A stretch of DNA of 64,000 nucleotides from Octopus vulgaris (lineage: Eukaryota), in the NCBI GenBank assembly GCA_951406725.2, contig OX597819.1, forward strand, positions 124,434,001 to 124,498,000, in the 5' to 3' direction. The notes under the pieces were generated by a model. It was given only the letters and a program-made list of their open reading frames with translations, made no database searches and was not told the origin of the DNA. The position numbers and the translations under genes are program-made. This document shows positions 25,627 through 38,295 of this stretch, piece after piece (the first letter of the stretch is position 1; every line of letters begins with the position of its first letter).

Positions 25627-26830
25627 CTGCCATGACTACAATTTGACTTGGCTTGATGGTCTTCTACTCAAGCACAGCATATTGCCAAAGGTCTTGGTCA
25701 TTTGTCATCACCTCCATGAGGCTCAATGCTTGAAAGGTGCTTTTTATATGCCATTGGTACAGGTGCTAGTTATGTGACACCAGCATTGGCCACATTGCCT
25801 CCGTGAGTCCCAGCACTTGAAAGGTGCTTTTTATGTGCCACCAACATGACATTGGCATAGGCCACGACTAGGATTTCACTTTGCTTTACAGATCTTCTCA
25901 AGCACAACATATTGCCAAAGGTCTTGATCACAAGTCATTGCCTCCACGAGGCTCAACATTTGAAGATCATGCTTCACCACCTTGTGCTATGTCTTCCTGG
26001 TCTACCTCTTCCACAGTTAGAGATCGGCACTTTTTTTACACAGCTGTCCTTGTCCATATGCACCACATGATCATTCTAGTACAGTCGTTTCTCTTGCACA
26101 CATCCGATACTTATTATGCCCAACTTTTCTCTCAAGACACTTACACTCTGTTGTACATGCACACTAGCGTTGCACATCCAGTGAAGCATGCCAGCTTCAT
26201 TTCTTACAAGTCTATGCATGTCCTTGGCTGTCACAGGCATCATAGTCTGCCTTTAACTCTGAGGGAGAGGCCCTTTGTTGCCAACAGAAGTAGGAGCTCG
26301 CTTAACTTTGTCCAGCCTAATCTTATTCTCACAGCTATGTTCTCAGAGCATCCACCTCCACTACTGACTCGATCACCTAGATAATGGAAGCTATCCATTA
26401 CTTCAAGCTTACCTTGCTGGCATTTGATGGAGTCTATTTTCTGTACATTTTTAATGTTTATTGTACTTGTGCACCTTCCACACACAAAAACTACTTTCCT
26501 AGTTAACCTTCATCTGATATTAATGCACCTCTTATGTGTCCATAGCTTACACTGGTTACATCATAGAATTTCTACCTCTGCCTTTCTCACAGATCAAGCA
26601 GGATCATCTACTTGAAAGCATTTGTGATTTGTCTGCCTTCCTACTTACTAAGAATTTTGGTTTTTACTAGGTTAACTCTAAGGCCCTTTGATCCTAGACC
26701 TTGCTTCCACACCTGAATTTTCTTCTCTAGTTTTTGGTAGTGATTTGGCTATAAGAACAAGGCCATCAGCATAGAGGAGCTCCCAGGAGCAGCCTGTCTT
26801 GAATTCCTCTGTTATGGCCTGGAGGACTAT
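25627..26830 (-). mobile_element. RTE-clade LINE 3' portion (tail continues at about 23110-23303, split by the Gypsy insertion)
   Basis: WELLYADGLVL, FHYLGDRVSSGGGC..RIRLGW..KGLSLRVKGRL. Confidence 0.82.
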
Positions 26831-26904
26831 GTGTGAAATTGCTAAGTCAATGCATTTAACAAAAAGTACTTTATTTCATCCGAGTTGTGAAAACACTTCC
26901 TCAT

Positions 26905-27052
26905 TGCTATCAGAAGAAGTTTGTTTCCCAATCACATGGTTCCAGGTTCAGTCCCACCGTATGGTACTTTGGGCAAGTATCTTCTACTATAGCCTTGGGC
27001 TGATCAAAGCCTCATAGGTGGATTTAGTAGATGGAAACTGAAAGAAGCCTGT

Positions 27053-27102
<50 letters not shown>

Positions 27103-27315
27103 TGTGTGTGTGTGTGTATGCCTGCCTTTGTGCATGTGTTTGTCACCCCATCACATTTTGACAACCAGTGTTGGTGTGTTTACATCCCCAAAACACCAAT
27201 AGAATAAGTAGTATGCTTTAAAAAAAATAAGTCTTGGTGTTGATTTGCTTGACCAAAGCCCTTCAAAGTGGTGCTCCAGCATGGCTGCAGTCAAATGACT
27301 GAAACAAGTAAAAGA
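26905..27315 (+). mobile_element. Diverged CORE-like tRNA SINE
   Basis: Matches the 43648 family. Confidence 0.65.
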
Positions 27316-27339
27316 ATATTTTGTATATATGTATGTATA

Positions 27340-27385
<46 letters not shown>

Positions 27386-28662
27386 GAGGGGTTGGACAAA
27401 ATAATGGAAACACCTTAAAATTTCAAACAAACATATTTTAATATGGAGTAGGACCACCTTTGTCAGTAATTACAGCTTGAATTCTACGAGGTATGGACTC
27501 ATACAAAGTTTGAATTGTTTCCAAAGGAATTTTTGTCCATTCTTCGCCTAAAACAGTCTCCAGTTCTTGTAGTGATGATGGTGGAGGGTATCAAATCCTT
27601 ATTTGTTTTTTCTAAAATGCACCACAAATGTTCAATAATATTGAGATCTGGGGACTGTGGTGGCCAGATAAGATGTTCAACTTCACTAGAATGTTCCTCG
27701 CGCCATTCAGTAACAACTTTAGCTGTGTGAATTGGTGCATTTATTATCCTGAAAGATTGCATTTCCCTCTGGAAACAGTTCCCCAATCATAGGATGAATT
27801 TGATCAGATAAAATGCTTAAATAGTCTTGGCTATTAATTCTGCCATGAAGGGAAACCGTTGGGCTGGCGGATTTCCAAGATATAGCCCCCCCCCCTCCAG
27901 ATCATCACAGATCCTCCTCCATGTTTAACAGTGGGAAGAAGGCAGTCTGAGTCAAATGCTTCTTTTGCCTGTCTCCACACGTATACTTGGCTGGTGGTTG
28001 GAAATAAGGTAAAGGATGATTCATTCGAGAAAATAACATTCTACCACTGCTCTAGGGACCAATTCTGTAGGTTTTTACTCCACTCTAAACACTTTGCAAC
28101 GTTTGTTTTTGAAAGTAGTAGTTTTGTTTGCAGCCCTCCTATGAAATCTGGCTTTGTGCAGTTCCTGGCAAACAGTTTTTGTGAAAACTGGGTTCTTGAG
28201 GTGGTCATTAAGCTCTGCAGTAATTTGGGAGCTGTACTTTTGTGATCCTTTCTAACAATTTGTGTAAGAGTTTGATGGTCCCTATCTGAAAGTTTTGGTT
28301 TTCTTCTGAAGTTCTGTTTCAACGAGGAGGTTTTTCCTTCTTTCTCAAAGGCTGTCATTACTTTCGAGACAGTACTTCTTGATACACCAAACATTTCGGC
28401 TGTTTTTGTAATGCCAGTGACTGCCATACGAGCACCAACAATTTGACTTCTTTGAAAGTCCGATAGATCTGTCATTTGAATGAATTTTAATTACCTTTTT
28501 CTGATATCTGAAAAGAAACAGCCATTTTAGCAAAACATATTAAGCAACACTAATAATAAATCAAAAAAACATAAAAATAAACAAGCTTTTGACGGTTTTA
28601 TAGATATTTCAAAATTATGATGCTATGATGCTTGGTGTTTCCATTATTTTGTCCAACCCCTG
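27386..28662 (-). mobile_element. Tc1/mariner DNA transposon, near full length, frameshifted transposase
   Basis: TIRs AGGGGTTGGACAAAATAATGGAAACACC at both ends; HTH region (ORF 28041..28475); WPPQSPDLNIIEHLW catalytic motif. Confidence 0.92.
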
Positions 28663-28899
28663 AATGCAGTCATGACTGCTAGACAGTGATTTCAATTTGT
28701 AGACTGTGTAGTGCAATATGATCTTGAGCCAAAACACTTCATCCCACGTTGCTCTGCAATGCAATCACTTTGACACCTGAACAGGTGCACTGTGTGGTAC
28801 ACAGTGCACCTGTTCAGACAACACTGATTTGATGGAGAGAGTGTATCAGATCTATGTATAGGTACCAGGAAATTCAGAATATTTTGTGAATCTATTTGC

Positions 28900-29128
28900 T
28901 TCTTTATTACCCACAAGGGGCTGAACATAGAGGGGACAAATAAGGACAGACAAATGGATTAAGTCAATTAGATCGACCCCAGTGTGTAACTGGTACTTAA
29001 TTTATCAACCCCGAAAGGATGAAAGGCAAAGTCGACCTCAGCGGAATTTGAACTCAGAACGTAACGGCAGACGAAATACGGCTACGCATTTCGCCCGGAG
29101 GTGCTAACGGTTCTGCCAGCACGCCGCC
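28900..29128 (-). mobile_element. Meta-core SINE
   Basis: Family match; flanking repeat atattttgtgaatctatt. Confidence 0.85.
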
Positions 29129-29587
29129 AAATATATTCACATATTTTGTGAATCTATTGCTATATTATCAAGAATTTCATGCCCACTTACTTTTTTTTTG
29201 TCATAAATTATTTATAGGTTTACAAAGAGCCAATCACTGAATTGGAAACTTAGACATAAAACACACCTAATACTTTCTGCATGTTGATATAGCTTCGCAT
29301 TATAAATAGCCAATATAATATTTATGAAATAGTCTCTGGTTTTTATTTACAATAAATTTTGCATCTACACATCTCTATATCATTGTAATTTTTTCTTTCA
29401 GAAGCCCTAGCATTATTGGAAGAGCTGAGCAACGGAGGCGATGTTCACGTGGGTCTCCCTCACAATATAGAACTCTCCAACAGCGATAGTGATGCTTCAG
29501 ATGATGAGGCTGTAGGTTCCTAGGTTCAACTGAAAAGAGGGCTTTTGGAAACTGGCGCACAAATTTCTTGTCAACAAGATATACTGT

Positions 29588-29962
29588 TTTACTTGTTTCA
29601 GTCATTTGACTGTGGCCATGCTGGAGCACTGCCTTTAGTCGAGGATATCGAACCCCAGGACTTATTCTTTATAAGCCTAGTATTTATTCTATCGGTCTCT
29701 TTTGCCGAACCACTAAGTTACAGGGACGTAAACACACCAGCACCGGTTGTCAAGCGATGTTGGTGGGGACAAACACACACACATATATATACATATATAC
29801 AATGGGCTTCTTTCAGTTTCCGTCTACCAAATCCACTCACAAGGCTTCAGTCGGCCCGAGGCTATAGTAGAAGACACTTGCCCAAAGTGCCACGCAGTGG
29901 GACTGAACCTGGAACCATGTGGTTGGTAAGCAAGCTACTTACCACACAGCCACTCCTGCGCC
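29588..29962 (-). mobile_element. CORE-like tRNA SINE
   Basis: Reverse complement of the 43648 family. Confidence 0.85.
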
Positions 29963-31325
29963 TATCTGGAGACAATGTTCCAAAATTTTTTTAAATAACA
30001 TGAGGTGAGACAGATTTGAGAATACATTGAGAAATATCCATTTAGTGGATAATGCCAATGCTTCAGGAGACGATCATGCATTCAAACACAGACCTCTACT
30101 TGACCACTTACAAAACAAATTCAAGGAACATGGTGGCTTGGAAGAACATCTCTCTGTTGATAAAAGTATGATTCCATGTTAAGGCAAGGACTATGCCAAA
30201 TGATTTATAAAAGGGAAACTAATTCGGTTTGGTTTCAAAGTTTGGGCCCTTTGTTCTCAGTATGGATACATGCATGCTCTTGATCTCTACACTGGCAAGA
30301 AAGACGGTCCCAATAAAACCGAAAATGCATTTGACCTAGGTCGGAATGTTGTCTTTGATCTCACTGGTGCTGTAGGAGTACCTGACAATAAAGGTTTCAA
30401 AATATTTTTTGATAAACTATTTCACAAGTATTCAATTGATGGAGAAACTTTTTGAGAAAGGAATATGTGCACCAGGAACCTGCAGAGGAAATAGGATTGC
30501 TTGATGTCCTTTCAAAACGAAAACTGAAATGAAAGCATGCCCCCCACCCAGAGGAACCGCTGACTTCAAGTCCACTTCAAAGACAGTCGCTGTGAAATGG
30601 AAAGATAATAACAATGTCGTTCTGCTATCAAACTTTGAGACATTAGGGCCACAACCTGGCAGACGGAGCTCAGGTGAAAATCCTCGGAGTGTCTGTTTCG
30701 GTAACCAGCGGCTCCTTGGTTGTTCTGTCCCTGCATCAGCGGACAATCTGCGGCAAACAGGATGTCTCCACATGCGGGATTGTTGGGGACCGCTTGTAAA
30801 ATTCACATATTCCCACGAAACTTTTTCCATGGTAGAAGAAGCCGACTCACCCGCCCAGGGTGAATGTCGCCACAAATACAAGTAAGTTGAGCGCTATGAT
30901 TGGTCTCAAAAGAAGTATGTTCCAATTCCACAGCCTGAAAGCATCCAAAATTAGACAACAAATATATGAGATTTGTTGACCTTCTGGATCATAACATTAG
31001 TTCCTATAGGATTCGAATGTGGCAAAATAAACGGTGGCCTATTTTTTCATATTTTGTATCTGTGGCAACCTAAAATGCATGCATCATGATGAATAGAGCA
31101 GGGCACAAAATTACATTATACAATTTCATTGAAAACATTTCTCTAACTCTTTTGAAAAAGTATGGCACTCCAAAGAAAATGCACAGCCGCTTATTTGAAA
31201 GACAATACAAGATATGATGGCATTGGATTGAATATATTCCAAATGAAAAGAGATGCAAAGAGTGCTCTGGGAAAAGTCATTTCATATGAGAAAAATGTAA
31301 TGTAGTTGATCCCAAATGTTTCAAG
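29963..31325 (+). pseudogene. Decayed piggyBac (PGBD-like) transposase
   Basis: LSVDKSMIP..FIKGKLIRFGFKVWALC, FFDNYFTS, GTCRGNR, VKWKDNNNVVLLSN, FVDLLD; stops and frameshifts. Confidence 0.85.
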
Positions 31326-31330
31326 AAATA

Positions 31331-31823
31331 TCATCATCATCATCATTTAACGTCCGCTTTCCATGCTAGCATGGGTTGGACGATTTGACTGAGGTCTGGC
31401 GAACCAGACTCCAATCTGATCTGGCAGAGTTTCTACAGCTGGATGCCCTTCCTTATGCCAACCACTCCGAGAGTGTAGTGGGTACTTTTACGTGCCACCA
31501 GCACAAGGGCCAGTTTGGTGGTACTGGCAACAGCCACGCCCAAATGGTGCTTTTTATGTGCCACCTGCACAGGAGCCAGTCCAGCGCACTGGTGACGACC
31601 TCACTCGAATGTTTCACATGCCACCAGCACAAGTGCTAGTAAGGCAACGCAGGTAACAATCACACTCGAATGGTATTTTTATCGTGCCATCGGCATGGAG
31701 GCCAGCTTGTTGCTCTGGCAACGATCTCACTCGTATGGTAATCTTAGTGCTCCACTAGCAACGGATGCCAGTCACCGAGTTTGATTTCGATTTCGATTTC
31801 ACTTGCCTCAACTGGTCTTTGCA
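31331..31823 (-). mobile_element. RTE-tail retroposon copy
   Basis: Family match. Confidence 0.85.
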
Positions 31824-31991
31824 GGAATTATATTCATAATAAAGTTATGGTCAGATATAATACTTTTTATTAACCTCTAAATAAGTAAATTGCACAGTTA
31901 ACAAGCTTATTAAAGATTCATATGCACAGTGCTTAACCTCTGTTATTTCAGGAAATATCAAATGGATTTCAATGAAATTTTTTTCAGTTGT

Positions 31992-32380
31992 TCATCATCA
32001 TCATCATCATCATTTAACGTCTACCTTCCATGCTAGCATGTGTAGGACGATTTTGACTGAGGGCTGGCGAACCAGACGGCCACACCAGGCTCCAATCTTG
32101 ATCTGGCAGAGTTTCTACAGCTGGATGCCCTTCCTAACGCCAACCACTCCGAGAGTGTAGTGGGTGCTTTTTACGTGCCACTGGCACGGGGGCCAGTCAG
32201 GCGGTACTGGCAATATTCTTGCTCGAATGGTGCCCTTTTACGTGCCACCAGCATGGAGCCAGTTGGCTGCTCTGGCAACGATCACGCTCGGATGGTGCTC
32301 TTGGCACCCTACTAGCACGGGCACAAGTGCCAGTAAAGCGACGCTGGTAACAATCACACTCGAATGGTGCCCTTTTACAT
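31992..32380 (-). mobile_element. RTE-tail retroposon copy
   Basis: Family match. Confidence 0.85.
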
Positions 32381-32755
32381 CAAAATGATAGTATCTGTGA
32401 ATTTTCAGGCAATTTCATTCACTAGAAAAATTTCAGCAAGAATGAATTAATGATATAAATGAAATAAAACAGCTATAATTCAGCATCAAGAGTTCAGGTG
32501 ACAGACCCAACTCACACAAAGTTTATCTCTAACCAACAGGGTCTACATTTTGTAGTTGTCTGAACAGTATTTTTGACAAAGTGCAAGGCCAATTTTTGCA
32601 AAAGAGGGTTTATAATTTAAAAGAATTTAACTAAGTCCTGGTACTTAATTTAGTAACTCTGGAGAGATGAAGATGAAGTTGATGTAAACAGAAAGTGAAC
32701 TCAGAATGTAGAAAGATGCATATAAGTATATAGTAAGGTATTTAATATGGTGCTA

Positions 32756-33117
32756 TCAATTTACTGTCCAATGGAAATTGTAGTTGTGATACCAGTGCCG
32801 GTGGCACGTAAAAGAACTATCCAAATGTGGCCGATGCCAGCACCGCCTTGACTGGCTTCTGTGCTGGTGGCACGTAAAAAGCACCAACTGATCGTAGCCG
32901 TTGCCAGCCTCACCTGGCACCTGTGCTGGTGGCATGTAAAAAGCACCCACTACACTCATGGAGTGGTTGGCGTTAGGAAGGGCATCCAGCTGTAGAAACT
33001 CTGCCAGATCAGACTGGAGTCTGGTGCAGCCTCCATGGCTTTCTAGACCCTGGTCGAACTGTCCAACCCATGCTAGCATGGAAAGCAGATGTTAAACGAT
33101 GATGATGATGATGATGA
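32756..33117 (+). mobile_element. RTE-tail retroposon copy
   Basis: Family match; inverted relative to 31992. Confidence 0.85.
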
Positions 33118-33174
33118 AATCAGAGCAAATAAACCAAGTAATGTAAGATAAATGTAAAAAAAAGGACATTTTAC

Positions 33175-33211
33175 CTGGAATATGGAAATTAATTTTATGA
33201 CTCCATAATGT
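33175..33211 (-). CDS. NPRL2: NPRL2 exon 7, 37 nt (QHYGVIKLISIFQ)
   Basis: tttaaacag acceptor, gtaaaa donor; supplies the phase 2-to-0 link; matches the YYGVVTLVSILQ segment recalled for human. Confidence 0.93.
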
Positions 33212-34124
33212 CTGTTTAAAAGAAAGAAATATAACAAATAATGATGATGATTTCAAACACTGTGCCATGGTTTAAACCATAATGAGCTCAATAATAATAA
33301 TTATTATAACTGAATTCATTATGGTTTAAATAATGATTTCTTTTAAAATATAATTTATTTTCTGAATAGAAATAATGACCAACCAAAACTGTAATGATAA
33401 TTATGTAATTACCAACTGTATTATTAGTAAGTGGAAAAGTTATCAAATTACAGCAACAATAAAAAAAAAAATAATTAAAATGTAGGTACCAGAGAAAAAT
33501 TAATGTCATTAATAATTAGTACTTAAAAATTAGTGCACCAACAGCCTACACCTACATTTCAACTAACCAATAAGGGAGCCTCTAACTGGTTACTCAATCT
33601 GTTAGAAATAGCATTTAAATCTCCCTCAAATAACATCTTACTGTTTTAAAGTGGATATGTTGGATAATCTAGGTCTACAGATATAAAGAAAAAGATGGGA
33701 TGCTATAGCTGGAATGCTTTTGATCAGAGATCCCCATCACAGATAACCTGAACATAAACAACATCAACCTACTTCACAAACCAACAATGGAGTACCTATG
33801 TGATGATTCAACCTGCTAGAAAAAGCAGCCTAATCTCCCTCAGATTCCCCCTACTGTCTATAATAAGGAAATAACATAGACAATGGGGACCTACATACCA
33901 CTAAAACTGATGAAATGGTAATTTTGCTCAACTAGGGCTCATCTAGGCTAAACAACAACAATTTTTTTCTTATTTTATGGCCAGTCAGTATTAAAATGAA
34001 GTCAAATTCTAAAATTTTCTAGTCCCCAAAATATGGAAACATACAAATTTGGACATTTTTTCATGTCGTCTAAAGAAGCTTTAAAAAATTATATAATGAA
34101 AAAAAAAAAAAGAAAGTTACTTAC

Positions 34125-34222
34125 TGTAAATTCTGGAGACAAGCTTTTACTAAGTTAATTTCAACATCTGCTTCAGTTGCAATGAAGGCCACATGGTTGA
34201 AACCATCAAGATACGGAAGAAT
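34125..34222 (-). CDS. NPRL2: NPRL2 exon 6 ([32 protein letters not shown])
   Basis: tttcttag acceptor, gtaagt donor, 98 nt. Confidence 0.96.
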
Positions 34223-34414
34223 CTAAGAAAGAAATTATTAGAACCAATGAGAAAAATAACTGAAAATTATTCACTGATTTAAAACAATTCTTACTCTAGA
34301 ACATAAAATTAAACTCCAGTTTGCACTGAGAGAGTATACAGGGGTTGGTTTTTATCTTTAAAAGGAAAAAAAATGCCATCTGCTTTCACCAAGCAGATGA
34401 CATCTACTTCTCAA

Positions 34415-34955
34415 AATCACATTCGATGACGGGCATCCGTGCTAGCGGGATGCAAAGAGCACCATATGAGCGTGATCGTTGACAGAGCGGCTAACCGGCT
34501 TCTGTGCCGGTGGCACATAAAAAGTACCATTCGAGCGTGATCGTTACCAGTGTTGCCTTACTGACACTCGAGCCCCGTGCTAGCAAGGTGCCAAGAGCAC
34601 CATCTGAGCATGATCATTGCCAGAGCAGCCAACTGGCTTCCATGCCAGTGGCATGTAAAAGGGCACCATTTGAGCGTGATCGTTACCAGTGTCGCCTTAC
34701 TGGCACCTGTGCTGGTGGCATGTGTAAAAAGATTCGAGCGAGGTCGTTGCCAGTACCGCCTGACTGGCCCCCATGCTGGTGGAACATAAAAAGCACCCAC
34801 TACACTCTCGGAGTGGTTGGCATTAGGAAGGGCATCCAGCTGTAGAAACACTGCCAGATCAGACTGGAGCCTGGTGCAGCCTCCTGGCTTCCCAGACCCC
34901 GGTTGAACCGGCCAACCCATGGAAAACGGATGTTAAACAATGATGATGATGATGA
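34415..34955 (+). mobile_element. RTE-tail retroposon copy
   Basis: Family match. Confidence 0.85.
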
Positions 34956-35207
34956 AGACAACTCTGAAATGACCCAGTCTATCCAAATGCAAATGAATAC
35001 CATAAGTATATAAAACTAAGCCCTGTAAGCACTGGGAACACTCTATAACCGTTAATGCTGCTTGGAGAGAGAGGGGTTTCAGTAGGGCTGACTCGCTTTC
35101 TTCTGGTGACCCCACCAAATCAGATTCATCATCATCACTATAATCTTCACCAACATTCAGAAGGAATATTTTAGAGGGACAAATCTGAGAATCTTCTATA
35201 TTTTTAA

Positions 35208-35898
35208 CCCTTTAGCAGTTAGACCAGCCATATCTGGCCCCAAATATTATATCTGCTTTATGTTCAAATTGGCTACAACTGGCCTCTCACACCTACCCTA
35301 CAGTGTCATTCCAAAAATATATTCTCACATCATTGAAACCTTGAAGCTACAAAATAATGCAGGATTAATTGAAAATGGTGTAAATAAATGAATATTCATC
35401 ATCATCATCGTTTAACGTCTGCTTTCCATGCTAGCATGGGTTGGACGGTTCAACTGGGGTCTGGGAAGCCCAAAGGCTGCACCAGGCCAGTCAGATCTGG
35501 CAGTGTTTCTACAGCTGGATGCCCTTCCTAATGCCAACCACTCTGTGAATGTAGTGGGTGCTTTTTATGTGCCACTGACACAGGTGCCAGACGAGGCTGG
35601 CGAACGGCCATGCTTGGATGGTGTTTTTTACGTGCCACCGACACAGGTGCCAGACGAGGCTGGCGAACGGCCACGCTCAGATGGTGTTTTTTACGTGCCA
35701 CCAGCACGGAGGCCAGGCGAGGCTGGCACGGCCACGATCGGATGGTGTTTGTTACGTGCCACCAGCACGGAGGCCAGTCAATGCGGTACTGGCTACGGCC
35801 ACGTTCGGATGGTTTTCTTATGTGCCACCGGCACTGGTACCACCAAACTACAAATTCCATTGATGTTCATCTGAAAAAATAATCTGAACGCTAAAGGG
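35208..35898. mobile_element. TTAA-type MITE (second family) split by an RTE-tail retroposon at 35397-35870
   Basis: TTAA|CCCTTTAGC...GCTAAAGGG|TCAA. Confidence 0.78.
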
Positions 35899-35925
35899 TC
35901 AAACAGATTACTGGCGCAACCTCAC

Positions 35926-36056
35926 CTGTTTTGTAGTAAGATCCCATTCAGAAATTGAACCAGAGTCTTTGACCAAAATAGGCACATCATGATCAGCAAC
36001 TGCGGGAGGCATTGTAATCCGGGATGTGACTTTCAAATGTATTGTGGTTGATTTGC
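35926..36056 (-). CDS. NPRL2: NPRL2 exon 5 (SKSTTIHLKVTSRITMPPAVADHDVPILVKDSGSISEWDLTTKQ)
   Basis: ttctag acceptor, gtgagg donor, 131 nt; overlaps ORF 35908..36132. Confidence 0.95.
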
Positions 36057-36136
36057 CTAGAATGATATAAAAAAAACATACATTAAAAAAAAAGTAACCA
36101 AACTCATCATTATTCATCATAATCATCATCATTTAA

Positions 36137-36358
36137 CCCTTTGGTGTTCACATTATTCTGCGAAAATTAATCCTTTTTTATCCACATTGTTTTGAACTAA
36201 TCGGGCATTAATCTTGTAGCTATGAGATTTTGATGAGGTAGCTGTTAATTTTTAAAACAACATTGTAGGGTTGGTGTGAGAGACCAGATCTGGCCAGTTT
36301 GAACATAAAACAGGCAGAATACTTTTGGTTGGATATGGCCAGTTTAAATGCTAAAGGG
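36137..36358. mobile_element. TTAA-type MITE, inverted copy of 35208-35898
   Basis: TTAA|CCCTTTGG...GCTAAAGGG|TCAA; its reverse complement aligns with 35208-35395. Confidence 0.8.
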
Positions 36359-36702
36359 TCAACGTTTGTTGTCCATGCTGTTACATCCATTTGCTCATGA
36401 TTATATGACTGGAGTGAATTTCATGAAAGTAATTGTTTTAGAGATGAATAGTTTTTACTAATAGTAACTATGTGGCTATGAATTAGAGGCAGAACCTGTT
36501 CTATGTTTGGAAAACTAGAATAAACAGAGTTATCTGTAGTAAGATTTGAAATTTTGACCATGCAACTTATCTTCACAACAGCTCTGAAAACTACTTTTAA
36601 TAACTTGAGTAAACAAGCAAATGAAAAGAGCTAATGGAGGAAACTCTATATAGTTCTCAACCTGCTGGAAATGGAAGTCAAATATCCCTCAAACTAGACA
36701 CT

Positions 36703-37270
36703 TCATCATCATCATCATCATCATCATCATCGTTTAACGTCTGCCTTCCATGCTAGCATGGGTTCGATGATTTTGACTGAGGACTGGCAAACCAGACGGC
36801 CGCACTAGGCTCCAATCTTGATCTGGCAGAGTTTCTACAGCTGGATGCCCTTCCTAATGCCAACCACTCCGAGAGTCTAGTGGATGCTTTTTACGTGCCA
36901 CCAGTATGGGGGCCAGTCAGGTGGTACTGGCAACGACCTCGCTTGAACCTTTTTACACGTGCCAGTGAAGCAATGTTGGTAACGATCACGCTCGAATGGT
37001 GCCCTTTTATGTGCCACAGGTAAGGAAGCCAGTTGGCTGCTCTGGCAATGATCACGCATGGATGGTGCTCTTGGCACCCTACTAGCATGGGCACAAGTGC
37101 CAGTAAGGCGACGCTGGTAACAACCATACTCGAATGGTGCCCTTTTATGTGCCACTGGCACGGAAGCTGGTTAGCTGCTCTGTCAACGATCACACTTGTA
37201 TGGTGCTCTTTGCACCCTGCTAGCACAGTTGCCAGTCATTGAATTGATTTTGGTTTTGATTTTGATTTCA
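36703..37270 (-). mobile_element. RTE-tail retroposon copy
   Basis: Family match. Confidence 0.85.
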
Positions 37271-37738
37271 TATTACTAGAAAATAAAATCTGAGAGATGG
37301 ATTTGACTTATTATTTACACTTATATATTGGAGGTGGTAGGCAGTGCAGTGCAGAATAACTGCGAGCTCCTGGTGAATGAAAGGTTTGATTCTCATTGTA
37401 ACTATTTCAATTTGTGATTAATACATTTGAGCAAACCATGAAAGTCATAACTCATATTTCTTCAGTCCCTGAAATTGTTAGCACCGAACACTGAAGAATG
37501 GTTGCTGTTAATTCTGAAAAGCCAAACAATGCATTAACGTGTGTGTGTGATAAACACTCAACCTGTGTATTAGTGTATCCATAACAAAGTAAATGTCTTC
37601 TAAGTTAGGAAGGTCCTTTTGGTTGTTACAGTTGTTTAGCACCGAGTCAGCCTTGATTGAGCAAGTCTATGATCAGAGACCCTTATGTTTGGGAGCTGAT
37701 TCTTAGCTCTGGTTCCAGAGTGTGCAACGGATGAGAGA

Positions 37739-38157
37739 TCATCATCATCATCATTGTTTGACCGTGGTCGAGACAATGGAATTTACTATGCTACGCCAGA
37801 CTTCACGGTCCATCAGGGCATTACGGAGGTCCTGTTGCTGGATGCCTGAATCCCTGGAGATTACATCAGGGTAGGAGAGTGTGCACCCTCTGGTATTGCG
37901 AGTAGATGGCTTCCAGAGGAGAAGAGTAGAAATTACCTCGTTCTCAGCTCTACAACAATGTCCAGCAAACTGGACTCTCCTACCTTCTACAAGAGATGAC
38001 ACAGGTGGTAATTTCCCATATATTTGTACTTTGGTTGGATGACGCTTCCACGAGAGATTTTGAGCTCTCATAAGGAGGCGAGTGTAAGCTCCATCCAACT
38101 GCCTCTCAAGCTTCTTTGATAATGTCCAGGTTTCTGAGCCATATAGTAGAATTGGAT
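37739..38157 (-). mobile_element. RTE-clade LINE 3' fragment
   Basis: ORF 37751..38182 PILLYGSETWTL..DREVWR. Confidence 0.87.
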
Positions 38158-38295
38158 GAGAGATAAGTCTCTCCTTGAGCAAGATGTCAGTCTACAATAA
38201 GTAATATTCCTAGGTAATATGATATATGAATTTTTTGCGTAATGAGATAAAAAGACCAAGGGCTGTATAGATATTAGAGCATTTATAGATAGAAG

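Noticed and set aside
29963-31325. Domesticated PGBD gene nested in NPRL2 intron 7
   Set aside because: Multiple stops, frameshifts and an insertion; antisense to NPRL2, so no CSB-PGBD3-type fusion is possible.
33241-33290. Box C-like ATGATGA near NPRL2 exon 7 (snoRNA?)
   Set aside because: Antisense to the host gene, part of an (ATG)n run, and no canonical CTGA box D with terminal stem.
35540-35860. CRISPR-like repeat-spacer appearance
   Set aside because: The linkers are homologous to each other and to other copies, the repeats are degenerate, the context is a eukaryotic intron, and there are no cas genes.
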